A stretch of 64,000 nucleotides of DNA from Candidatus Cloacimonadota bacterium (GTDB lineage: Bacteria > Cloacimonadota > Cloacimonadia > JGIOTU-2). The position numbers and the translations under genes were made by a program. The stretch's first letter is position 1. Each line of letters starts with the position of its first letter. This document shows, piece by piece, positions 19,119-28,074 of the stretch. The stretch is from positions 64,001 through 128,000 of the forward strand of contig JBNGBT010000004.1 of NCBI GenBank assembly GCA_049903315.1, in the 5' to 3' direction. The notes beneath the pieces are model-generated. The model was not told the DNA's origin and searched no databases. It saw only the letters and a program-made list of their open reading frames with translations.

Positions 19119-20996
19119 ATGAAAGAGAAAAAGAAATTATTGCATAGGAAATTAAACCTGCTAGATGTGTTCAGCATTGCAAGCGGTGCAATGATAAGTT
19201 CCGGACTGTTCGTGCTGCCCGGGCTTGCATTTGCAAAAGCCGGTCCTGCAGTTGTGGTTGCATACATTTTGGCTGGGATTATTGTCATTCCAAGTATGCT
19301 CGCACAAATAGAACTCGGAACTGCCATGCCAAAAGCAGGAGGAAGTTATTTCTATATCGAGAGAAGCATGGGACCCGCTGCAGGAACTTTAGGTGGTTTT
19401 GCAAGCTGGTTCAGTCTAGCGTTGAAAAGTGCATTTGCGCTTATTGGTATTGGAGCATTTGCAAACTTAATGTTTCCTATGCTTTCGGAAGTCCATATAA
19501 AAGCGATAGCAATCCTCTTTTGTCTTCTCTTCACATTTGTAAATATCAAAAGCGTGAAACAGACGAGTAAATTCCAAGTCTTTCTTGTGCTGGGACTACT
19601 GGCAATGTTATTGCTTTACTGCACAGTTGGTATCACAAAGATCAATCTGCATAATTTTATTCCGTTTTCACCAAAAGGATTTGGAGCAGTAATTCCAGTT
19701 GTTGGGCTTGTATTTGTGTCTTTTGGAGGTTTAACGAAAATAGCAAGTATTGCTGAAGAAATCAAAAAACCGAAACAAAACCTGCGCTTGGGTATGCTGT
19801 TGGCTTTTCTCGTTGTGATGTCCTTTTACATTGCAGTAGTATTTGTGACAGTGGGTGTTGTCGATGGAAGTAAACTTACTCATTCTCTTACGCCGATTTC
19901 TCTGGGCGGTGAGGTGGTGCTTGGAAAAGCGGGAATGATCGTTTTATCAATAGCAGCGCTTTTTGCATTTTTTTCGACTGCAAATGCCGGCATTCTCTCA
20001 GCTTCTAGATTTCCACTTGCAATGAGCAGGGACAGGTTGGTTCCGAAAATTTTCGGGAAGATGAGCAGAAAGAACCAGACACCTTTTATCTCGATCATAT
20101 TTACTTCCGCTTTTATGATCTTGATGATCACTTTTCTCAATTTCGAAAACCTCGTGAAAGCAGCATCCACAATGATGATCATCCTGTTCTTGTACACAAA
20201 TGTAGCGCTGATAGTAATGAGGGAAAGCAGGATCGACACCTACCAACCATCATTTAGAGTCCCTCTCTACCCCTGGCTTCAAATAGCTGCGATCATAATT
20301 TATGCCTTTCTTATTTTTGAAATGGGAACCCTGCCCCTTCTTATCACAGGATTTTTCATCATACTTTGTCTCGCATGGTATATCTTTTATGTACGTAGGA
20401 GAGTAGTGCGAAAATCTGCACTCATACATATTGTTGAACGGGTAATGAATAAAAAGATCACGAGCAGTACACTTACAGAGGAACTGAAAGAAATACTCAT
20501 CAGGCGCGATAACATAATTGAAGACAGGTTTGATAAACTGGTAAAATCTGCAATTGTGCTTGATCTTGAGCACTCTATTGAAGCAGAAGAGTTTTTTAAG
20601 ATTGTATCGGAACAACTTTCTTCACGGTTGAATATTCCCTCACAAGAGCTCCATAATCTGTTTGTCGAAAGGGAAGAGCAGTCTTCCACAATGCTCGAGC
20701 CCGGACTCGCGATCCCTCATATTATAGTAAAAGGTGAGAAAAAGTTTGATATACTTATCGTGCGCTGCAAGGATGGTATAAATTTTGAAAAGGATGAACC
20801 TCCTGTTCATACAGTGTTTGTTCTGATCGGTACGATGGATGAGCGTAATTTCCACTTAAGGGCACTCATGTCGATAGCCCAGATAGTAAAAGAACAGAAC
20901 TTCAATAAGAGATGGTTCGTCGCGAAAAATATCGAAGAATTAAGAAATATAATATATCTTTCAACAAGAAAGCGAGAAACTAATGAGAGCAAATAA
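19119..20996 (+). CDS. APC-family amino acid permease fused to a C-terminal PTS EIIA type-2 domain
   Basis: GAMISSGLF, ELGTAMPKAGG, AEEIKKP, about 12 TM segments; C-terminal REEQSST..GLAIPH..HLRAL. Confidence 0.88.
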   Translation: MKEKKKLLHRKLNLLDVFSIASGAMISSGLFVLPGLAFAKAGPAVVVAYILAGIIVIPSMLAQIELGTAMPKAGGSYFYIERSMGPAAGTLGGFASWFSLALKSAFALIGIGAFANLMFPMLSEVHIKAIAILFCLLFTFVNIKSVKQTSKFQVFLVLGLLAMLLLYCTVGITKINLHNFIPFSPKGFGAVIPVVGLVFVSFGGLTKIASIAEEIKKPKQNLRLGMLLAFLVVMSFYIAVVFVTVGVVDGSKLTHSLTPISLGGEVVLGKAGMIVLSIAALFAFFSTANAGILSASRFPLAMSRDRLVPKIFGKMSRKNQTPFISIIFTSAFMILMITFLNFENLVKAASTMMIILFLYTNVALIVMRESRIDTYQPSFRVPLYPWLQIAAIIIYAFLIFEMGTLPLLITGFFIILCLAWYIFYVRRRVVRKSALIHIVERVMNKKITSSTLTEELKEILIRRDNIIEDRFDKLVKSAIVLDLEHSIEAEEFFKIVSEQLSSRLNIPSQELHNLFVEREEQSSTMLEPGLAIPHIIVKGEKKFDILIVRCKDGINFEKDEPPVHTVFVLIGTMDERNFHLRALMSIAQIVKEQNFNKRWFVAKNIEELRNIIYLSTRKRETNESK

Positions 20997-21387
20997 AGTA
21001 TTATATCGAAACACAAAGAACGGTAAGATCGCAGGTGTGTGCAGCGGATTAGCGGAATATTTGGATGTTGATGTGTCACTTATCCGTATTGTGTGGCTCT
21101 TTTTTGTAATCTTTGGTGGAGCTGGATTGATGCTGTATCTTATTGCTGCACTCATCATACCTGCAAAATCCGGAGATGATGTTGAGATAATAGTCGAAGA
21201 TGAAGAACAAAAGCGTCTCACCCGAGATTCGGAAAATGCAGTGATTTTTGGCGTGTGTTCCGGTATTGCGAAACACTTTGGCATGGATGTGAGCGTCGTG
21301 AGGATCATCTTTTTACTGATGGGATTGTACTTTGCATCCGGTATATTTCTCTATATTGTCTTAGCACTCATTTTACCAAAAAACTAG
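20983..21387 (+). CDS. Tandem PspC-domain membrane protein
   Basis: Two copies of LxR...IxGVCSGxAxxxxxDVSxxRI followed by a TM segment. Confidence 0.88.
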   Translation: MRANKVLYRNTKNGKIAGVCSGLAEYLDVDVSLIRIVWLFFVIFGGAGLMLYLIAALIIPAKSGDDVEIIVEDEEQKRLTRDSENAVIFGVCSGIAKHFGMDVSVVRIIFLLMGLYFASGIFLYIVLALILPKN

Positions 21388-21392
21388 AGGGA

Positions 21393-24300
21393 ATGCACTT
21401 TTTCCGATTACTTCTTTTCGTGTTGTTAATTTTCTGCGTAAGCAGTGAACTTTCAGCAGAGGATTACTCAATACTGGATAAGACAAGTATTATTACAATT
21501 GAACTCGAAAAGGCACAATATGAACTCGGATACGATCATATAATAAATAACTCTGAAGAAGTGGTTCTTGAAGATTCAGTTTTGATTAAGGGAAAAGATT
21601 ATTTGCTTGATCATATGCATGGTATCATTTCATTCGTGAGGGAGTTTGAGTCCGGTTCAAGAGTGAAGATTTCTTTCAAAGTCTTTCCCAAAAGTCTGCT
21701 CTACTCTTTCCAGCAATTTACACAACAGGATAATGTTTTAGAGTCTGGATCAAAGAAAAACCAAACCTCAATACCTACACAAAAATATGATACTTCGACA
21801 AATCTGAATATTTCCGGAAGTAAAAGCTTTGCACTTTCTCTGGGTAATCAGCAGGATATGGATCTCGATCAATCTCTCTATCTGCAGGTAGATGGCGAAC
21901 TCTCAAGAAATGTCTTCATTAAAGCTCAATTGTCTGATAATACCACACCGATTTCTACAGAAGGAACAACAAAGAAACTCAGTGAGTTCGATAAAATGTT
22001 CATCAAAGTATATTCCGGTAACTACAGCTTACAATTTGGTGATTTTTTTGCAAGGTTCGATGACACATACTATGCAAATTATGATTATAAGCTTGAGGGG
22101 GTGACATTTCAGTGGAACGGACATCAAAAAGTAAACGGTTCCGCAGCAGTCTCAAATGGAGATTTCAAAAGCTACTCTTTTTATGGCACAGAAGGTATTC
22201 AGGGACCTTACTTCCTGCCGGGTAAGAACAGCTCCAGTGTGCGCGTGTTATCAGGTACTGAGAAGGTATATCTGAACGGAACCTTTCTTACTCGCGGTGA
22301 AGATTATTTCATCGATTATAATGAGGGCTCGATCACGTTCCAGAATAACAATATCATTACCGAAGACTCATATGTTATTGCAGATTATGAATACACTGCA
22401 GAGGAATATCGAAGTAACTTTTATCTCGGTTCAGGTTCGGTTGCTCTTTTTAATAAGGCCGTGGATATCTCTCTAAAAATCCTCAGCAATAATGACGACA
22501 AAGAAAATCCGCTCAATTTCACACTTACACAAGAAGAAAAGGAGATATTGAAAAATGCTGGCAACGATCCTGATAAAGCACGCATCAGCGGTGTGGATTC
22601 TGTTGCGGTCGGGCAGGGGAACTATATTCTTGAAGATTCACATTACGTGTATGTGGGTTTCGATTCAACAGGTAATTATCTGGTGAGTTTTTCCTATGTG
22701 GGTGCAGGAGAGGGCTCGTATAATAAATCAGGATACATTCAATATGAATGGGTTGGAGAAGGGAATGGCGAATATATTCCGGAAATACAACTTCCTTTCC
22801 CAGAGAAACGCACCAATGTTGATCTAAGAGCAATGGTTGCTCTTGGCAAATTTAAACTTGTTTCAGAAGGGATGTTCACCAATTTTGACCAAAACAGCTT
22901 CTCCACGATCGATGATGAACACGATAACGGTTTTGCGCATTATCACTCCCTGGATTACAATTTGCCGATATTTTCCATCGGTAAGATACAGACTTCTGCC
23001 TATTATAAGGCTCATGATAAATATTTCCATTCTCTGGCAAGGGTAGAATCTGCACAGACACAATATCATACATCAGATTTTACTGAGGTAGATACTGTAG
23101 ATGTATCGGAATATGGCGGTTCTTTTGAGCTTTTATTCCCGAAATGGATGGCGAATAAACTGCGGTTTTACGATAAAACCATGCATGATATTGCGCACCA
23201 GCAGACGTTTTCAAACACTTTTTCCTATATGCAGAATTCTTCTCTCTTTTTTATGCCCTCGGTCAATTACACTTTTTCAAGAATTCGAGAAGAAAACGAC
23301 TCTCCTTATAGTTCGGAACAGGATAAACTCATTCAAAGAATGCATTCACTGGACGGGAGTTACGCATTTAGCTTTTTGGAGATCAATGCTGGATTCTCGG
23401 ACAGGAAGTTTACGAATGAAGGAGCAGTGGATTTCGGTTTCAGTAATGTAAAATATTTTTATGGGCTCTCAACAGCACTCTGGAATACGGAGGTCAATCT
23501 TCAGTATGAGCAGGAGTTTGTGGACAGTCTGAAGATAGATTGGTTTGATTTTAAGAAAGCTCATCTATATAAAATAGGAGTGAATTATAATGAAGGCACG
23601 ACAAATTTCAAGGCAGAGTTTTCTCATCGATCAAATCACTATCTCACTGGCGAGAGCAACAGTAATTTCGATCTCCTGAACTCCCAGCTTTCTTTCAATC
23701 TCATGAACAACAGCATTTCAAATCGTGTAAATTACAAGATAGGGAATCTCGAACTGTATCCAAAAGTGAAGGAGCTTATCTATGTAGGAGATGGGCAAGG
23801 TTTGTATGATAGTCTTGGTTTTTATCAAGAGGACGGAGATTACGATTATGAGATCACCATCGTTGGGACTCCCCAGCCGATCACAGAGCTTCAAATGAAC
23901 TGGAATCTGCAGATCAATCCGGCACGGGCTATTACTCAGAAAGATAAGGGATTAAATGAAATTTTAGATAAAATTATTTTTACTTCAGATATTGCGATAC
24001 AGGAAAAATCAAAAACCCCACACAAACTCGATCTCTACCTCCTCAAGCCAAGTGCTCTGATGAATAAACAGTACACGGACTACGGATACCAGCGATATAA
24101 AGAGCAGCTCTGGTATAATATTGTGAAAAACCGGATCGTAACCCGGCTGCTCTATGAAAAGGTAAAAAAGATAGATTACCAATACGAGAATGAGTTTGAT
24201 GAGCTTGATCAGGATGCCTATACTGCTGCAATGAATTTTTATAATGTCAAGCAATGGAATTTTGAGAATGAAATCAATTATACAGATATCGTCTCAAATT

Positions 24301-24725
24301 ATCAGACAAAGGATTTTCTACACTCCGAAGTATGGGGATTTTCCACTGATATTGCCTATAAATTCAGCTATAATATGATCGTTTCGTCATTGCTTGGATT
24401 AGATATTGAAAATGGCGCAAAGACCGATGGTACAGACGATTATAAGATAACCTCCTATACAATCGAACCGGAATTCACGTATAATGCAGGTTCAAAATAT
24501 CACGTGACCGCACTCCTGCATTTACAGCAGAATAAACGGGAAGGATCAGATTATTTTGCGAACATTCTCTATAGTAAACGAGCAGGATTGAACACAAGAT
24601 TAACACTTCAGTTCGATTATAAATTCAGCAAATATGTGACAGGATTTCTCAAATATTATTTGGAAAAATATCCCCAGACCGATACCCGATACCAGCTTAA
24701 AATGGAAGTGAGGGCAGATTTCTAA
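21393..24725 (+). CDS. Large outer-membrane beta-barrel protein with SprA-like N-terminal motifs
   Basis: GAGGG RBS; signal peptide; G.DY.(L/I)D...G.I.F motif twice; alternating aromatic strands; C-terminal Phe (RADF). Confidence 0.6.
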   Translation: MHFFRLLLFVLLIFCVSSELSAEDYSILDKTSIITIELEKAQYELGYDHIINNSEEVVLEDSVLIKGKDYLLDHMHGIISFVREFESGSRVKISFKVFPKSLLYSFQQFTQQDNVLESGSKKNQTSIPTQKYDTSTNLNISGSKSFALSLGNQQDMDLDQSLYLQVDGELSRNVFIKAQLSDNTTPISTEGTTKKLSEFDKMFIKVYSGNYSLQFGDFFARFDDTYYANYDYKLEGVTFQWNGHQKVNGSAAVSNGDFKSYSFYGTEGIQGPYFLPGKNSSSVRVLSGTEKVYLNGTFLTRGEDYFIDYNEGSITFQNNNIITEDSYVIADYEYTAEEYRSNFYLGSGSVALFNKAVDISLKILSNNDDKENPLNFTLTQEEKEILKNAGNDPDKARISGVDSVAVGQGNYILEDSHYVYVGFDSTGNYLVSFSYVGAGEGSYNKSGYIQYEWVGEGNGEYIPEIQLPFPEKRTNVDLRAMVALGKFKLVSEGMFTNFDQNSFSTIDDEHDNGFAHYHSLDYNLPIFSIGKIQTSAYYKAHDKYFHSLARVESAQTQYHTSDFTEVDTVDVSEYGGSFELLFPKWMANKLRFYDKTMHDIAHQQTFSNTFSYMQNSSLFFMPSVNYTFSRIREENDSPYSSEQDKLIQRMHSLDGSYAFSFLEINAGFSDRKFTNEGAVDFGFSNVKYFYGLSTALWNTEVNLQYEQEFVDSLKIDWFDFKKAHLYKIGVNYNEGTTNFKAEFSHRSNHYLTGESNSNFDLLNSQLSFNLMNNSISNRVNYKIGNLELYPKVKELIYVGDGQGLYDSLGFYQEDGDYDYEITIVGTPQPITELQMNWNLQINPARAITQKDKGLNEILDKIIFTSDIAIQEKSKTPHKLDLYLLKPSALMNKQYTDYGYQRYKEQLWYNIVKNRIVTRLLYEKVKKIDYQYENEFDELDQDAYTAAMNFYNVKQWNFENEINYTDIVSNYQTKDFLHSEVWGFSTDIAYKFSYNMIVSSLLGLDIENGAKTDGTDDYKITSYTIEPEFTYNAGSKYHVTALLHLQQNKREGSDYFANILYSKRAGLNTRLTLQFDYKFSKYVTGFLKYYLEKYPQTDTRYQLKMEVRADF

Positions 24726-24753
24726 TGAAGATCACATGCGATAGGAGTACAGA

Positions 24754-25632
24754 TTGAGAAAAAAAGTTAGATTGTCGCTATTCTATATACTATATCTCAT
24801 TATTGGTTTTTTGATTTATAGCTTTCTTTTTGGAAAACTATTTCCCTATTCTCCGATCATTATCGGATTTGAAAAACATGAGCTCGCAAATGCGATTGTG
24901 TATGTTCAAAATGGAGCCGAATATACTTATTATGCAAGAATCGATTCGCTCATTCCAGGTGTGGAGCAGTTTCATGATCTGCAATTCAAGAGAAAACCAA
25001 AAATATTTCTCTTTGCTGATAAAAGTACCTATTTCAGCCATACCACAACGAAAGCAAGGTTTTGTGCTTTTTACAGTAGCGCTGTAGTTGTTTCTCCCTG
25101 GGCTCAAGAAGAAGCATTAAAGGGAATAATCTCCATGAAAATATATCTTACGCACGAGTTATCCCATTCACTGCTTTATCAGAACATGGGAATTATCAAT
25201 GCCTTTACCTATCCGAAATGGCTTATGGAAGGTATTGCAGTTTATAGTGCGTGCCAAATGGGCACTTCCTGGTATCCTAGCAAGGAAGAAACCTATGATT
25301 ATATACGGCATGGTAATTTCATGCCGCCGGATTATTTCAAGACAAAAAAAGAGGACAAAATTGAACTTGATGTGGAAAATAGAATTGCATTTATGTATTC
25401 CGAATTTGCCTGTGTTGTGGATTATCTGATTGCACAGTATGGGAAGGAAAAGTTTCTCGTTTACATGAAACGGCTTCTGAAGGGGCATAATGATGCAAAG
25501 GTTTTTAAAGAAGTATTCGGCATCGATTTGGATGCATTTTTAAAGGAATTTCAGGAAATGATAAAAAATAGTGGAAATTTGCAGGTTCTTCAGTCATTTG
25601 CCACAAAATATAAGGATGAGTATTACGTATGA
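24754..25632 (+). CDS. Membrane-anchored zinc metallopeptidase (MA clan / gluzincin-like)
   Basis: N-terminal TM; HELSH plus PKWLMEGIA. Confidence 0.75.
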   Translation: MRKKVRLSLFYILYLIIGFLIYSFLFGKLFPYSPIIIGFEKHELANAIVYVQNGAEYTYYARIDSLIPGVEQFHDLQFKRKPKIFLFADKSTYFSHTTTKARFCAFYSSAVVVSPWAQEEALKGIISMKIYLTHELSHSLLYQNMGIINAFTYPKWLMEGIAVYSACQMGTSWYPSKEETYDYIRHGNFMPPDYFKTKKEDKIELDVENRIAFMYSEFACVVDYLIAQYGKEKFLVYMKRLLKGHNDAKVFKEVFGIDLDAFLKEFQEMIKNSGNLQVLQSFATKYKDEYYV

Positions 25633-26702
25633 AGATCACAAAACCAACCTTACTCTTGGATGAAGAAAAGTGCAGAAGAAACATGCATGATATGTTTTTA
25701 AAAGCACAGAAAAATGAAGTGCAATTCCGACCGCATTTTAAAACACATCAATCACTCGAAATAGGAAGGTGGTTTAAAGCACTCGTCACGGACAAAATAA
25801 CTGCCTCATCCCTTGAAATGGCTGAAAAATTTTCCGTGCAATGGGATGACATTACTGTTGCATTTCCGGTAAACATTTTAGAAATTGATACCATTAACAA
25901 GCTGGCGGAAAAAATACATCTCAATATATTAATAGAGTCACCAGAGACTACAGAATTTTTGAAGAATAACCTCAAACATGAAGTCGGTTATTTTATTAAG
26001 ATAGATGTCGGGTATCACAGGGCTGGAATACTTCCAACAGATAGTGATGTAATAGAAAGAATATTAAGAATTTCTGATTTGAGTAGTCTGATGAATTTTA
26101 AGGGATTTCTTACACATGCAGGGCAAACCTACACCTGCAGATCAAAGGAAGAAATTCGAAAAACACATCAGAAAAGTATTGCGCAGCTCATCGCGCTGAA
26201 AGAGGAATACCCGGATGCAATTCTCTCGATCGGTGATACACCAAGTTGCAGTGTAGTTGAAGATTTTTCCAGCATTGATGAGATACGACCCGGCAATTTC
26301 GTTTTCTATGATCTCATGCAATACTATATCGGTTCATGTGAGATCAGCCAGATCGCAGTTGCGATGGCATGCCCGATCGTTGCGATACATGAAGCGAGGA
26401 GCGAAATAGTGATATATGGCGGAGGAGTTCACTTTTCCAAAGAAAGATTAGAAGATGAAGAATTCGGAACAATGTACGGAAAAGTTGTTGAGAAAAAAGG
26501 AAATGCTTGGGGAAATGTAATTCCTGATATGTATGTAAAAAATCTCTCTCAGGAACACGGGATTGTTGCAGTACCGAATTCGAGGATTATCGATTATGCA
26601 ATTGGAGATTTGCTGTTCATTCTACCAGTGCATTCCTGCATGGTTGCCAACCTGATGAAAGAATATGTGACGATTGAGGGAAGAGTGATTGAGAGAGTTT
26701 AG
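25629..26702 (+). CDS. D-threonine aldolase / D-serine dehydratase-like PLP enzyme (fold type III)
   Basis: TKPTLLLD, RPHFKTH (PLP Lys), HAGQ, IGDTP, EIRPGNFVFYD, SQEHG, PVHSC. Confidence 0.85.
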   Translation: MKITKPTLLLDEEKCRRNMHDMFLKAQKNEVQFRPHFKTHQSLEIGRWFKALVTDKITASSLEMAEKFSVQWDDITVAFPVNILEIDTINKLAEKIHLNILIESPETTEFLKNNLKHEVGYFIKIDVGYHRAGILPTDSDVIERILRISDLSSLMNFKGFLTHAGQTYTCRSKEEIRKTHQKSIAQLIALKEEYPDAILSIGDTPSCSVVEDFSSIDEIRPGNFVFYDLMQYYIGSCEISQIAVAMACPIVAIHEARSEIVIYGGGVHFSKERLEDEEFGTMYGKVVEKKGNAWGNVIPDMYVKNLSQEHGIVAVPNSRIIDYAIGDLLFILPVHSCMVANLMKEYVTIEGRVIERV

Positions 26703-26716
26703 ATAAAGTATTAGCT

Positions 26717-27895
26717 TTAAATCACTCCCAGCTTCTTACCAACCTTTTTAAATTTATCAAGAGCCATATCAAGTTGTTCATTTGTGTGAGTTGCCATGAA
26801 ACTGGTTCGGATCAAACAGTCATGTTCTGGAACGGCAGGAGGAATGACTGGATTGATGAAAACACCGTCATCAGCGAGTATGCGCCACATCTTAAAGGCA
26901 GTCATTAGTTCGCCCACATGCAGCGGAATGATGGGGGTGCAGCTTGTGCCGATATCATATCCCATGTCCGTAAATCCTTTTTGCATATACCTTGTGATCT
27001 CCCACAAGCGCTCGATGCGTTCTGGTTCGGACTCCATAATATCCAACGCTGCAATAACAGTCGCAGCAGAAGCAGGGGGCAAACTTGCACTGAAAATAAG
27101 AGGTCTGGAAAAATGCTTGAGATAGTGCATGAGCATTTCATTTCCTGCAATGAAACCACCAACTGAAGCAAGGGATTTACTGAAAGTTCCCATGACAACA
27201 TCAATTTTATCTGTGATTCCAAAGTGACTTGCAGTTCCGGAACCATTTTTCCCAAGCACACCGATAGAATGAGCATCATCGCACATTATTTGTGCATTAT
27301 ATTTCTCTGCCAGATGCACGATCTGAGGTAAGGGTGCGATATCACCTTCCATGCTGAATATGCCGTCAACAACGATTAATTTAGGAGTGTCCTCAATATT
27401 TTGGAGTACGCGCTCAAGGTCGTTCATATCATTATGATTGAATCGGAGCATTTTACCATACGATAAATGGCAGCCGTCTATGATACTTGCATGATCCAGC
27501 TTATCTGTGATGAAGTATTCTCCACGCCCCACGATCGTGCTCAGTACACCAAGATTTGCCTGATATCCTGTCGAATAAGCAAGTGCAGCGTCCATTCCAA
27601 CCAGATCAGCAAGCCGTCGTTCAAGCTCGATATGAATATCAAGTGTGCCGTTTAGAAAGCGCGATCCGGCACAACCGGTGCCATATTTCTTTATCGCATT
27701 TTCTGCAGCTTCTTTCACCTTGGGATGATTGGTAAGCCCGAGATAGCTGTTCGAACCGAGCATCAGGGTCTTCTTGCCGTTTACGATTACTTCAGTGTCT
27801 TGTTCGGAACTGATCACACGAAAATAGGGATAAAAACCTTGCTCTTCAAGGATTTTTGCTTCAGTAAAGCTTGCACATTTATCATAGAGATTCAT
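26717..27895 (-). CDS. spt: Alpha-oxoamine synthase, probable serine palmitoyltransferase
   Basis: YPYFRVISSEQDTEV..GSNSYLGLTNHP..GTGCAGSRFLNGTLDIH, GTFSKS (PLP Lys), SRPLIFSAS; the N-terminus resembles Bacteroidetes SPTs more than BioF or KBL. Confidence 0.7.
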   Translation of the reverse strand: MNLYDKCASFTEAKILEEQGFYPYFRVISSEQDTEVIVNGKKTLMLGSNSYLGLTNHPKVKEAAENAIKKYGTGCAGSRFLNGTLDIHIELERRLADLVGMDAALAYSTGYQANLGVLSTIVGRGEYFITDKLDHASIIDGCHLSYGKMLRFNHNDMNDLERVLQNIEDTPKLIVVDGIFSMEGDIAPLPQIVHLAEKYNAQIMCDDAHSIGVLGKNGSGTASHFGITDKIDVVMGTFSKSLASVGGFIAGNEMLMHYLKHFSRPLIFSASLPPASAATVIAALDIMESEPERIERLWEITRYMQKGFTDMGYDIGTSCTPIIPLHVGELMTAFKMWRILADDGVFINPVIPPAVPEHDCLIRTSFMATHTNEQLDMALDKFKKVGKKLGVI

Positions 27896-28074
27896 GGAGT
27901 ACTCCTTTTAAATTCACAAAGAATGTTGGATCAATGTGTTAGTAGTTTTATTGAATTTAATTTTCATTGCTCATATTTCAAAAATCTATTTTCCGGCTGT
28001 CAATAAATTTGGTTTTGAGCATTCAGTAAAAATATTGACATGAACAGTCCTCAAACAGCAATTAATATAAACCT

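Noticed and set aside
21255..21392. ORF-track N-terminal extension of the large outer-membrane protein (similar over-extensions at 9615, 14912, 17003, 33275, 50603, 56088 and 62900)
   Set aside because: They overlap upstream genes or lack an RBS; downstream starts mostly have an RBS, a proper signal peptide or a better fit to the neighbouring gene.
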